A DNA stretch of 64,000 nucleotides from an uncultured Actinomycetota bacterium (lineage in GTDB: Bacteria; Actinomycetota; Actinomycetes; Propionibacteriales; Propionibacteriaceae). The notes under the pieces were generated by a model that made no database searches, was not told the origin of the DNA, and worked only from the letters and a program-made list of their open reading frames with translations. The translations under genes and the position numbers were made by a program. Shown in pieces: positions 8,870-19,562 of the stretch; position 1 is the stretch's first letter, and each line of letters begins with the position of its first letter. The stretch is from assembly GCA_963780005.1 (NCBI GenBank), contig CAWAAK010000028.1, positions 37,730-101,729 of the forward strand, read 5' to 3'.

Positions 8870-10935
8870 ATGAGTGAGCGGACCGAGACCCGGGTCGCCG
8901 ATGATCCCGGCGACGAGGATGGCGTGCTGAACAAGGCGCCGGAACGCCCGAAGTACCAGCCGTCGCAGGTTTCCCGGTTCCCCGGCGCCCCGATCGCGGC
9001 CGAGAAGTCGTTGAACTTCGGCCCGTCGCTGCGGCGGCTGCTCTCCCACCTGTCGCCCGAGCGCTTGATCCTGATCATCTGCGTCGCCCTGGCGACAGTC
9101 GGCATCGTGTTGAGCGTGATCGGCCCGATCATCCTGGGCTGGGCCACCAACGTGATCTTCACCGGGCGTGATCGGCAAGCAGTTCGCCGCCGGGCAGACG
9201 CAAGGCGCAGGTGGTCGAGCAGCTGCGGGCCAGCGGCCAGGGCACCTTCGCCGACCTGGTCGAGCCGGCTGGACATCACGCCCGGTCAAGGCATCGACTT
9301 CGGTGCGCTCGGCCAACTGCTGCTGATCGCCCTCGCGCTCTACGTGGTCAGCTCGCTGCTGCTCTGGCTGCAGGGCTATCTGCTGAACGGGGCGGTGCAG
9401 CGCTCGATCTTCACCATGCGCAACCAGGTCCAGGCCAAGCTCAACCGGCTGCCGCTGAGCTACTTCGACCGGTCGCCGCGCGGCGAGCTGCTGAGCCGGG
9501 TCACCAACGACATCGACAACATCGCCCAGGCCCTGCAGCAGACCCTGAGCCAGCTGCTGACCTCGTTGCTCACCGTGGTCGGGGTACTGATCATGATGTT
9601 CGTGGTCTCCCCGACCCTGGCCCTGATCGCCCTGGTCACCATCCCGGCCACCGTGCTGGTCGCCGGCGTCATCGGCAAGCGGTCGCAGAAGCTGTTCGTG
9701 GCCCAGTGGAAGGCGACGGGCGAGCTCAACGCCCACATCGAGGAGGCCTTCACCGGCCAGTCCCTGGTCAAGGTGTTCGGCCGCCGGCAGGAGGTCGAGG
9801 CCGCCTTCGCGGACCACAACGCGAATCTCTTCCGGTCCAGCTTCGGGGCCCAGTTCGTCTCCGGCATCATCATGCCGGCGGTGTTCTTCCTCGGGAATCT
9901 CAACTACGTGATCATCGCGGTGGTGGGCGGGCTGCGGGTGGCCACCGGCACCATGAGCCTCGGTGACGTCCAGGCCTTCATCCAGTACAGCCGGATGTTC
10001 ACCCAGCCGCTGACCCAGCTGGCCTCGATGGCCAACCTGCTGCAGTCCGGGGTGGCCTCGGCGGAGCGGGTGTTCGAGGTGCTCGACGTCGAGGAGGAGC
10101 GTGCCGACGAGCCGGGCCGGCTGAACCCGACCCGCGGCCGGGTGGCGTTCGAGCACGTCTCCTTCGCGTACGTGCCGAGCAAGCCGCTGATCACCGACCT
10201 GTCGCTGGTGGCCGAGCCGGGGCAGACGGTGGCCATCGTCGGGCCGACCGGGGCGGGCAAGACCACCCTGGTGAACCTGATCATGCGCTTCTACGAGTTG
10301 GACGCCGGCCGGATCACCCTGGACGGGGTGGACATCGCGACGGTGCCGCGACCGCTGCTGCGGGAGCAGATCGGCATGGTGCTGCAGGACACCTGGCTGT
10401 TCCACGGCACCATCCGGGAGAACATCGCCTACGGCCGGCCGGAGGCCAGCGAGGCCGAGATCCACGCCGCCGCCGAGGCCACCTACGTCGACCGGTTCGT
10501 GCACTCCCTGCCGGACGGCTACGACACGGTGATCGACGAAGAGGGCAGCAACATCAGCGCCGGCGAGAAGCAGTTGATCACCATCGCCCGCGCCTTCCTG
10601 GCCGACCCGGCGCTGTTGATCTTGGACGAGGCGACCAGTTCGGTGGACACCCGGACCGAGGTGCTGGTGCAGCGGGCGATGGCCGCGCTCCGCTCCGACC
10701 GCACCAGCTTCGTCATCGCGCACCGGCTCTCCACCATCCGCGACGCCGACGTGATCTTGGTGATGGAGCAGGGCAGATCGTCGAGCAGGGCTCCCACCAC
10801 GAGCTGCTGGACGCCCGCGGCCACTACTGGGAGCTCTACAACTCCCAGTTCTCCGCCGCCATCGAGGAACCGGAGGACGACCAAGTGCCGGTCCCCGTCG
10901 GTGCCCCCGCCGGCAACGGGGCGCGGCGCAGCTGA
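8870..10935 (+). pseudogene. ABC transporter permease/ATP-binding protein (partner half-transporter), at least 4 frameshifts
   Basis: The conserved segment VIGKQFAAGQTQ / QVVEQLRASGQGTFADLV / SRLDITPGQGIDF is spread over three frames between about 9165 and 9265. Walker A is GPTGAGKTT, signature ISAGEKQL, Walker B LLILDEATSSVD. The C-terminus shifts at about 10772 to QIVEQGSHHELLDARGHYWELYNSQF...* ending at 10935. Confidence 0.8.
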
Positions 10936-10989
10936 CGCACGGAACCGCTCGGAGCTGCCTTCGGGAGCGTTCAGTCCGCCGAAGGCGGC

Positions 10990-13247
10990 TCAGACGTACG
11001 CGAGCAGGGCCTTCAGCGTTTCGTGGTTGAGGCCCATGTTGAAGGCGGCCAGGGTGTGCATCGGCATGGTGCCGATCACCTTGATCAACTCCGGATCCTG
11101 CAGCAGGGGCGGGGTGCCGTTGCTGGTCAGCAGGGCCCGGCCGCGCTCGTCGGCCAGCCACTCGTGCAGGGTGGAGTCGCCGTCCAGCGTGCGCTGCCGC
11201 GACGGCGCCTCGAGGGTGATCACCTCGCGCAGCGGCAGATCGCGGGAGGACGAGCCGACGGCGATCTCGAACTCGCCGCTCTCCACCACCCAGTCGTCGA
11301 TCCCGGGTCGACCAGAAGGCGAAGGCCCGCTCGTCCAGCTCGATGTCGACCGACTCGACTCTCGCCGGGCTCCAGGAACACCTTGGCGAAGCCCTTCAGC
11401 TCCCGTACGGGCCGGTCGGCGCTGGACTCCCGAGTCGCCGACGTAGACCTGGACCACCTCGCCGCCGGCGACCGTGGCCGGTGTTGGTCACCGTCGGCCC
11501 GAACGCGCACGGAGAGATCCCCGTCGGCCACCGAGCCGCTGACCTCGACTCTCGAGGTCGGCGTGCTCGAACGTCGAGTACGACAGCCCGAAGCCGAACG
11601 GGAAGCTGACCTCCTGGTCGGCCCGGTCGTACGCCCGGTAGCCGACGAAGAGGCCCTCGCCGTAGCGGACGATCCCGTAGACAACCCGGGAAGTTGAAGT
11701 ACGACGAGTTGTCCTCCAGCCGCAGCGGCACCGTCTCGGCCAGCTTCCCCGACGGGTTGACGGCACCGGTGATCAGATCGGCCGCGGCTCCACCGGCGGC
11801 CTGACCGCCCAGCCAGCACTCCAAGATCGCGGCGGCGTGCTGCTGCCAGGTCGACATCCGCACCACCGAGCCGTTGGCCAGCACCACGATCAGCCGGTCG
11901 TGCACGGCGGCCAGGGCCTCGACCAGCGCCACCTGGTTGGCCGGCAGATCCATGTGCGTCCGGTCGAAGCCCTCCGACTCGGCGCTGGCCGGCAGGCCCA
12001 GGAAGACCAGCACGTGATCGGCGTCCCGGGCGGCGGCTCGACGGCCTCCTCGGCCAGCTCGGTCGTCCCCCTCGGTGGCCCCGACGCCGAAGCCGGCGCT
12101 GAAGCTGACGGTGACGTCCTCGCCGAAGGCGGCGCGCGAGCTCGTCGAGAGCGACGTCGACCCGGGTCGGGTTCACCTGGGAACTGCCCGCGCCCTGATA
12201 GCGCGGCGTCCGGGCGAACTCCCCGATCACCGCCACCGTGCTGCCCGGCGCCGGACGGCAGCGGCAGGACGCCGCCGTCGTTCTTCAACAGCACCGCCGA
12301 CTCCGCGGCCGCCCGCCGGGCCAGGGCGTGATGGGCGTCGAAGTCCACGGTGGCCGGATCGGCCAGGGCGGGCTGAGCCTTCTCGACCAGCCGCAGCATC
12401 CGCCGTACGGTCTCGTCCAGCACCGCTTCGTCCAGTTCGCCGGAGCGCGACCGCCGCGATCACCGCCTGATCGCTGACCCCGAGATTCGGCGGCATCTCC
12501 AGGTCCAGCCCGGCGGCCAGCGGCCGCGACCCGATCATGCACCGCACCCCAGTCCGACATCACGACGCCGTCGAAGCCCCACTCGTCCCGCAGCACCTCG
12601 GTCAGCAGCCAGTGGTGCTCGGACGCGTACGTGCCGTTGATCTTGTTGTACGCGCACATCACCGTCCACGGCTGCGACTCCTTGACCACCGCCTCGAAGG
12701 CCGGCAGGTAGATCTCCCGCAGGGTCCGCTCGTCCACCTCGGCGCTGACCCGGAGCCGGTCGTCCTCCTGGTTGTTGGCGGCGTAGTGCTTCACCGACGT
12801 GCCGATGCCCTGGCTCTGGATGCCGTTGACCATGGCGGTCGGCCAGGGCGCCGGACAGGTAGGGGTCTTCCGACACGTACTCGAAGTTGCGCCCGCACAG
12901 GGGTGAGCGCTTGATGTTGATGCCGGGCCCGAGGATGACCGAGATCTTGAGCCGGCTGGCTTCCCGGCCGAGCGCCTCACCCACCTCGGCGAACAGGTCC
13001 GCGAGTTCCACGACGATCCGATGCCCGACGCGGTCGGGAAGCAGGTGGCGGGTTCGCTGCCGGACAGGCCGACGTGGTCGGCCTCCTTCAGCTGGGCCCG
13101 CAGCCCGTGCGGCCCGTCGGAGACCATGATCTCGCCGATGCCGAGCCGGTCCACCGCCGCCGTGCGCCAGAAGTCCGGACCCGAGGCACAGCGAGGCCTT
13201 CTCCTCCAGGGTCAGCTCGGTCAGCAGAGGTCATCGATGTCGGTCAT
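10990..13247 (-). pseudogene. glycoside hydrolase family 3 beta-glucosidase (BglX-like), heavily frameshifted
   Basis: Fragments lie in all three minus frames: [48 protein letters not shown]...; [12 protein letters not shown]; VMSDWGAV; LLKNDGGVLPL; VIGEFARTPRYQGAGSSQVNP; LVVLANGSVV; and the fibronectin-like C-terminus ...DWVVESGEFEIAVGSSSRDL. At least 8 frame changes. Confidence 0.8.
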
Positions 13248-13306
13248 TGCCAACTCCTTCGGTCGGGCTACCCGGTCTGTCTAGCACTTCGAGGGCATGG
13301 GCACCG

Positions 13307-13907
13307 CTAGGCGGGTGCGAAGTGCCGGAAGGTGAGATTCATCCTCGGACCCACGGGCCGGGCGGTCTTCGGGACCGCGTGCCGGTAGTCGCGCTGCGAT
13401 TCCCCGGACATGACCAGCAGGTCTCCCGCGCCCAGCTCCCAGGTCCACCGCTCGCTTGGAGGTGCCGGTGGCGGAGCGCGAACCGCCGCCGGGCGCCCAG
13501 GCTGATCGAGGCGATCACCGGTTGCGGACCGAGCTCCGGCTCGTCGTCGGCGTGGTAGCCCATCGAGTCGCTGCCGTCGCGGTACAGGTTGGCCAGGCAG
13601 GAGTTGAAGGCGATTCCGAGCTCCTCGCTCAGCCGGTCGCGCAGCGTCGCCAGCGTCGGCGGCCACGGCTGCGGCTCGTTGGCCAGCCCGGAGTAGCGGT
13701 AGGCGTGATCGCCCATCCAGGCCGTCAGCCGGGGCGTCGGCACGCTGCGGCCGTGGATCCGGATGTCGTGCTGCTCCCAGCCGATCTGGGTCTCGCAGCC
13801 GGCTGAAGAGGCGTATCCGAATCATCGATCCAGCCCGGACGGTAGGCGACGCAGGCCGGGGTTTCCACGGCTCCTAGCTTGCCGCTCGAGCCAAGCTGTG
13901 ATTTCAC
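13307..13907 (-). pseudogene. alkB: alpha-ketoglutarate-dependent dioxygenase AlkB-like (2OG-Fe(II) oxygenase), frameshifted
   Basis: PTPRLTAWMGDHAYRYSG...NLYRDGSDSMGYHADDEPELG...ISLGARRRFALRH is in one frame. GDLLVMSGESQRDYRHAVPKT...RMNLTFRH is in another. The N-terminal part is in a third. Confidence 0.7.
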
Positions 13908-13918
13908 CGTCGGGCAAG

Positions 13919-15552
13919 ATGGATGCTGTGCAGCGCAGCAGACCGATCGGCCTGGCTCGGTTGGCCGGTGTGGTTGCCGGCCTGACCGGCCTCGCGATCG
14001 CGGATCTCGCTGCCTGGTTCCTGGCTCCGGCGGCCGCCCCGCTGACCGCGGTCGGTTCGACCATCATCGACCTGCTGCCGGCGCCGTTGGTCAACTGGGG
14101 CAAGGAAACGCTCGGCACGGCCGACAAGCCGGTGCTGCTGATCATCATCACGGTCGCCGTGCTCACCCTGTGCGCCGTGGCCGGGCAGCTGGAACTCCGC
14201 CGGCGCTACAGCGGGCCGTGCGTCTTCGCCGCGGTCGCCGCTGGTGGGCATCGTCGTCCGTGCTCAGCCGGCTGCCCGGGCAGTTCCAGGCCGTGCTGCC
14301 GACGGTGATCGGTCTGGCCGCCGGTTACACCGTGCTGCATCTGCTGATCGTGCGGTTGGTCCGTTCCGTACGCGGCGGCGGCCGATCTCGCTCAACCCGA
14401 GCCGCCGCACCCGCCCCGCTCAGGAGCCCACCGGCGATCGGCAACCGGCACCCGATCTGTCCGGTCCGGTCGTGGTGCAGCGGCGCAGCTTCCTGCGCAC
14501 CACAGTGCTGCTGGGGGCGGGGGCCGCCGTCGCCGCGGTGGCCGGCCGGGCTCTGGTCAGTGCCGCGGCCAAGATCGCCGAGGCACGGGCCAGGATTCGG
14601 CTCCCCGGCCCGGCCAAGCCCGGCAAGGCCGATCCCGGCCGGAGCGGACCTGCGGGTGCCGGGCCTGAGTCCGTACGTGACCCCGACGGAGACGTTCTAC
14701 CGGATCGACACCGCGCTACAGGTGCCGGTGATCGACCCCGACGCAGTGGACGCTGAAGGTCACCGGGATGGTCGAGCAGGAGATCACCATCAGCTTCGCC
14801 GAGCTGCTGGCCCGGCCGCTGACCGAGCACATGACCACCCTGACGTGCGTGTCGAATCCGGTCGGCGGCAACCTCGTCGGCAACGCCACCTGGCTCGGCC
14901 TGCCGATCCGGGAGCTGCTCGCGCGAGGCGCGCCCGCGGGCGGACGCCGACATGGTGTTGTCCCGGAGTCACGACGGGTGGACGGCGGGCACGCCGCTCA
15001 GCGTGCTGCTGGACGACGACCGCCAATCCCTGCTGGCCGTGGGCATGAACGGTCGGCCGCTCCCGGTCGAGCACGGTTTTCCGGTCCGGATGGTGGTGCC
15101 CGGGCTGTACGGCTACGTGTCGGCGACCAAGTGGGTGACCGAGCTCAAGGTGACCACGTTCGCCGCCGACCAGGGCTACTGGACGCCGCTGGGCTGGTCC
15201 GCCCGGGGACCGATCAAGCTGGCCTCCCGGATCGACGTGCCGGCCGACGCCGACCGTCGATGCGGGCCGGGTCGTGGTGGCCGGGGTGGCCTGGGCGCAG
15301 CACACCGGGATCGCGAAGGTCGAGGTGCGCGTCGACGACGACGAGTGGCGGACGCAGAGCTGGCCGCGGTCACCGGGCCGGACACCTGGCGGCAATGGCG
15401 CTTCGATCTGGGACGCCGAGCCGGGTCCGCACGAGGTGACCGTGCGGGCGGTCGACGCCGACGGTGAGGTGCAGACCGACGCGGCCGCGCCGCCCGCCCC
15501 GGACGGCGCCACGGGCTGGCACCAGATCGCCGTGCGGGTGCGCGAGGCCTGA
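13919..15552 (+). pseudogene. membrane-anchored molybdopterin-dependent oxidoreductase (sulfite-oxidase family), multiple frameshifts
   Basis: TM-rich N-terminus; RRSFLRTTVLLGAGAAVAAVAG; GLSPYVTPTETFYRIDTAL; TLTCVSNPVGGNLVGNATWLGLPIRELL; GMNGRPLPVEHGFPVRMVVPGLYGYVSATKWVTEL; Ig-like C-terminus VAGVAWAQHTGIAKVEVRVDDDEW. These pieces are spread over three frames. Confidence 0.75.
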
Positions 15553-15564
15553 CCGGCTGCCGGG

Positions 15565-16405
15565 CTACAGCTCGACGGACCCCTCGATGCGGGTGATCGT
15601 GCCGCCGCCGACCCAGATCTCGCTCGGATTTCGCTGTCTGCGGTGATGTGCACCCGACCCGAGCGTCCGAGGACGGTGCCCTGCCGGGCGACGTACGGGG
15701 CGGTGAGGCGGCCGGAGCCGAGCAGCCACTGGGCCAGGGCGGCGTTCAGGCTCCCGGTGACCGGATCCTCGGCCGTGGATCCCCCGAGCGGGAAGAAGGC
15801 ACGGACTTCGATGCTCTCCGCCGAGCCCGGCGGGTAGAGGCCGGCGATCCCGATGTCGGCGTCGACGACGCCCGGGCGGACCGCGAGGACCGCCTCGGCA
15901 CTGTCCAGCAGCACCCCGATCCACGGCGGCCCGTTGACCAGCCACGAGGCGTCGACGATCGCGGTCCGGTCGAGATTCAGCATCCCGGCGACGCGGTCGG
16001 AGCAGGTCCTCGTCCACCGGTCCGGAGCGTCGCAGTGGTGGTGCGGCGAAGGCCAGACCGATCTCGGTCCGGCGCAGGCGCACGAGACCGGCCCCGCACT
16101 CCTGAACGATCTCGTCCGCGCTCCTGGGCGTCGCCGCCGGCCGTCAGCCAGGCGTGGCCGCTGCCCAACGTGGGGTGGCCGGCGAACGGCAACTCCTGGG
16201 TGGGGGTGAAGATCCGGACCCGGTAGTCGGCGCGAGGGTCCTCCGGCGGCAGCAGGAAGGTCGTCTCCGACAGGTTCGTCCACGACGCGAATCGCTGCAT
16301 GGCCTCGGTGTCCAGATCCTCGGCGTCGTGCACCACGGCCAGCGGATTGCCGCCGTACGGGACGGCGGAGAAGACGTCGACCTGGCTGAAGCGGCGGCTG
16401 CGCAT
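15565..16405 (-). pseudogene. PhzF-family isomerase, frameshifted
   Basis: The N-terminus MRSRRFSQVDVFSAVPYGGNPLAVVHDAEDLDTEAMQRFASWTNLSETTFLLPP...RIFTPTQELPFAGHPTLGS is followed by frame changes. The C-terminal fragments ...VRAFFPLGGSTAEDPVTGSLNAALAQWL... and ...GGGTITRIEGSVEL* lie in two different frames. The span is 841 nt. Confidence 0.7.
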
Positions 16406-16502
16406 CTCTCGATCCTGGCAGCCGATCTTTCACCGTCTTCGCGGCGCGGGTAGCGGCGAGGTCGGCGGGGCCGGCGACGCGATGGTGGGCTAAGTTCGGC
16501 GG

Positions 16503-17633
16503 GTGCGTATCGCCATCCGGAAAGAAGTTGTTCCGGGTGAGATCGCGGGTGGCGATGGTGCCGGAGCTGGTCGGCCGGCTGGTTCGGGCCGGCTACGAGG
16601 TGGCGGTCGAACCCGGCTGCGGAACGGCGGCGTTGTTCCCCGACGACGGCGTACGCCGCGGCCGGGGCGCGAGGTGCGACCCGGCGGCCGCTGGCCGGAG
16701 CCGGACTGGTGCTGAGCGTGCAGCCGGTGCCGACCGCGGAGCTGGAACCGGCCGCGGCCGACGTCGCCACCTGCTCGTTCTTCCCGACCGGGAGCCAGGA
16801 GGCCGAGGTGGCGGCCCGGCGGGACCGTGGCGTGACGACCTTCGCGATGGAACTGGTGCCGCGGATCTCCCGCGCCCAACCGATGGACGCCCTGAGTTCG
16901 CAGGCCATGGTGGTCGGCTACCGCGGTGCGGTCGTCGCGGCCGGGCGGCTGCGACAGTTCTTCCCGCTGAGCATGACCGCCGCCGGCACCGTACGTCCGG
17001 CCGAGGTCCTGGTCCTCGGCGCCGGGGTCGCCGGGCTGCAGGCCATCGCCACCGCCCGAAGCGGCTGGGGGCCGTGGTCAGGGGTTACGACGTGCGAGCG
17101 GCGGCCGCCGAGGAGATCGCCTCCCTCGGAGCGGTCCCGATCGACCTGGCCCTGCCCACGCTGGAGGGATCCGGCGGCTACGCCCGCGAGATGAGCGAGG
17201 AACGCGCCCAGCGTCAGCGGGAGCTGCTCGCCCCGTACGTCGCGGCGGCCGACGCCCTGATCACGACCGCGGCGGTTCCGGGTCGGCACCGCCCCGATCC
17301 TGGTGACGGCCGAGATGGTGGCGGCGATGAAGCCCGGCTCGGTGGTGGTCGACCTGGCGGCGGACTCCGGCGGCAACGTCGAGGGCGTCGTGGCCGGCCG
17401 GGCGATCACGGTCGGGTCGGTGCAACTGTGGGGCGGCAGCAACGTGGCCAGTCAGATGCCGAACCCGGCCAGCCGGCTGTACGCCCAGAACGTGTGGCAG
17501 GTGATCAACCTGATGACCGGCCCGGAGCGGCTTCGCGCCGGACTTCGACGACGAGATCGTGGCGGCTATGTGCGTCACTCGGAACGGATCGATCAGCGAC
17601 ACCGCGAGCCAGGAGCTCGGTGCGGGTGAGTGA
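16503..17633 (+). pseudogene. pntA: NAD(P) transhydrogenase subunit alpha part 1 (PntAa), multiple frameshifts
   Basis: VRIAIRKEVVPGE / RVAMVPELVGRLVRAGYEVAVEPG / TTFAMELVPRISRAQPMDALSSQAMVVGYRG...VLVLGAGVAGLQAIATA / LGAVVRGYDVRAAAAEEIASLGA / MTAEMVAAMKPGSVVVDLAADSGGNVEG / FAPDFDDEIVAAMCVTRNGSI...* lie in alternating frames. Confidence 0.8.
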
Positions 17634-17647
17634 AGGAGGAGGGGCCG

Positions 17648-18058
17648 ATGGGTGAGGCGATCACCTGGCTGACGATCTTCGTGCTGGCCGCCTTCGTGGG
17701 GGTCGAGGTGATCTCCAAGGTGTCCTCGACCCTGCACACGCCGCTGATGTCCGGCGCCAACGCCATCCACGGGGTGATCCTGGTCGGGGCCATCGCGGTG
17801 GCTGGCACGGCCGATTCCACCCCGGTCCTCGCGCTGAGCCTGGTTGCGGTGGTGCTGGCCGCGATCAACATGGCCGGCGGTTTCGTGGTCACCGACCGGA
17901 TGCTGCAGATGTTCACCCGGAAAGCGCTACGCGGTCCCGCCAAAGAGCGTGGAGCGCTTCGCGCACGTTCTTCTGGTTCCGTCGAACCAAGCCCTCCTTC
18001 GTCGGGACGGTTCGACGGTCGGACTTCGTCCGATGCCGGCCCGGAGGGCCTGTCGTGA
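17648..18058 (+). CDS. pntA: NAD(P) transhydrogenase subunit alpha part 2 (PntAb), with an unusual ~44-aa C-terminal extension
   Basis: A GAAGGAGGAGG RBS precedes the ATG at 17648. The sequence FVGVEVISKVSSTLHTPLMSGANAIHGVILVGA...GGFVVTDRMLQMF is diagnostic. The stop overlaps the pntB GTG. Confidence 0.8.
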   Translation: MGEAITWLTIFVLAAFVGVEVISKVSSTLHTPLMSGANAIHGVILVGAIAVAGTADSTPVLALSLVAVVLAAINMAGGFVVTDRMLQMFTRKALRGPAKERGALRARSSGSVEPSPPSSGRFDGRTSSDAGPEGLS

Positions 18059-19443
18059 CGCCGGTGTGGGCGCAGCTGGGCTATCTGGCGGCGGCGGTCT
18101 GCTTCATCGTGGCGCTCAAGGGCCTGTCGTCGCCGCGGACCGCCCGGCGCGGGAACCTGATCGGTGCGGTCGGGGCCGTGCTGGCCTGCGTGATCGTGTT
18201 CCTGGCCAGCGATCTCGATCATCTCGGCTGGATCCTGATCGCGGTCGGGGTCGGCACCGTGATCGGGGTTCTCGGCGCCTACCGGGTCCGGATGACCCAG
18301 ATGCCCCAACTGGTCGCCCTGTTCAACGGCGTCGGTGGGGCGGCCGCGGCGATCGTGGCGCTGGTCGAGCTGGAGGCGGTGTCCCGGGCCGGATCGGCCC
18401 CGGTCTTCGACCTGGTGGCCACGGCCTTCACCATCGTGGTCGGATCGGTCAGCTTCACCGGGTCGGTGGTCACGTTCCTCAAGTTGCAGGAGCTGATGAC
18501 CGGTCGGCCGATCACCTTCGCCGGCTACCCGATCCTGTACGGGTTCGCGTTGGTCTCGGCGGTCGGCTTCGCGATCGGTCTCGTCCTGGTTCCGTCGCTG
18601 ATCCTCGGTCTGGCGCTGGCCCTGATCGGGGCGGGGGTCGGCGTACTGCTCGTCCTTCCGGTCGGCGGCGCGGACGTGCCGATCGTCATCTCGCTGCTCA
18701 ACGCCTTCACCGGCTTGTCGGTGGCGGCGAGCGGCTACGTCCTCGGCAACACCCTGCTGCTGGTGGCGGGCACGCTGGTCGGCGCGGCGGGCACGCTGCT
18801 GACCAAGCTGATGGCCACCGCCATGGGCCGGCCGTTGGGTGCCACCCTGTTCGGGGCGCTCCGCGGCGGTTCCACCCTGGGGGCCGGCGAGGCGAGCGAC
18901 CGCCCCGTGAAGTCGGTGAGCCCCGCCGACGTGGCCATCCTGCTGGCGTACGCGAACCGGGTGATCATCGTCCCCGGCTACGGTCTGGCGGTCGCCCAGG
19001 CCCAACACACGCTGCGACAACTCGTCGACGTGCTCACCGAGCGCGGAATCCAGGTCGACTACGCCATCCATCCGATCGCCGGCCGGATGCCGGGACACAT
19101 GAACGTCCTGCTGGCCGAGGCGCAGGTGCCGTACGAGCAACTCAGAGAGGCGGACGAGATCGACCCGGAGTTCCGCCAGGCCGACGTCGCGCTCGTGGTC
19201 GGTGCCAACGACGTGGTCAATCCGGCCGCCGAGACCACCCCGGGGGCCCCGATCTACGGGATGCCGATCCTGCACGCCAACGCCGCCCGCCAGGTCGTGT
19301 TCCTCAAGCGCTCGATGCGCCCCGGCTTCGCCGGGATCGAGAACGAGCTGCTCTTCGAGCCGGGCACCACCCTGCTCTTCGGCGACGCCAAGGACTCTCT
19401 CGGCCAGCTCCTCGCCGAGGTGAAGGACCTCAAGGTTTCCTGA
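18055..19443 (+). CDS. pntB: NAD(P) transhydrogenase subunit beta
   Basis: 462-aa intact ORF: ...VIIVPGYGLAVAQAQH...YAIHPIAGRMPGHMNVLLAEA...VVGANDVVNPAA...PIYGMPIL. Confidence 0.9.
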   Translation: MTPVWAQLGYLAAAVCFIVALKGLSSPRTARRGNLIGAVGAVLACVIVFLASDLDHLGWILIAVGVGTVIGVLGAYRVRMTQMPQLVALFNGVGGAAAAIVALVELEAVSRAGSAPVFDLVATAFTIVVGSVSFTGSVVTFLKLQELMTGRPITFAGYPILYGFALVSAVGFAIGLVLVPSLILGLALALIGAGVGVLLVLPVGGADVPIVISLLNAFTGLSVAASGYVLGNTLLLVAGTLVGAAGTLLTKLMATAMGRPLGATLFGALRGGSTLGAGEASDRPVKSVSPADVAILLAYANRVIIVPGYGLAVAQAQHTLRQLVDVLTERGIQVDYAIHPIAGRMPGHMNVLLAEAQVPYEQLREADEIDPEFRQADVALVVGANDVVNPAAETTPGAPIYGMPILHANAARQVVFLKRSMRPGFAGIENELLFEPGTTLLFGDAKDSLGQLLAEVKDLKVS

Positions 19444-19478
19444 GCCGCCTCGGAGTCGCGAGCGGCTCAGATTGACAA

Positions 19479-19529
19479 CTGGTCACAGACGACACCCCCC
19501 AACGGCCCATGGCTGCCGTCTGTGACCAG
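19479..19529. terminator. 13-bp perfect-stem hairpin between convergent genes (bidirectional terminator candidate)
   Basis: CTGGTCACAGACG (19479-19491), a 25-nt loop, then CGTCTGTGACCAG (19517-19529). It is flanked by TGAGCCGC/GCGGCTCA (19441-19469). Confidence 0.5.
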
Positions 19530-19562
19530 ATCCGGGATGGTGCGGCTCAGGTCGCGAGCGGC

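Noticed and set aside
8108-11161. Very long antisense ORFs, for example 1017 aa at 8108..11161(-), 887 aa at 23942..26605(-), 724 aa at 56540..58714(-), 663 aa at 52580..54571(-), 560 aa at 17593..19275(-) and 498 aa at 859..2355(-).
   Set aside because: They lie opposite genes with clear family motifs and are Arg/Pro/Gly/Ala-rich with no recognisable domains. They are the expected stop-poor shadow frames of 70% GC DNA.
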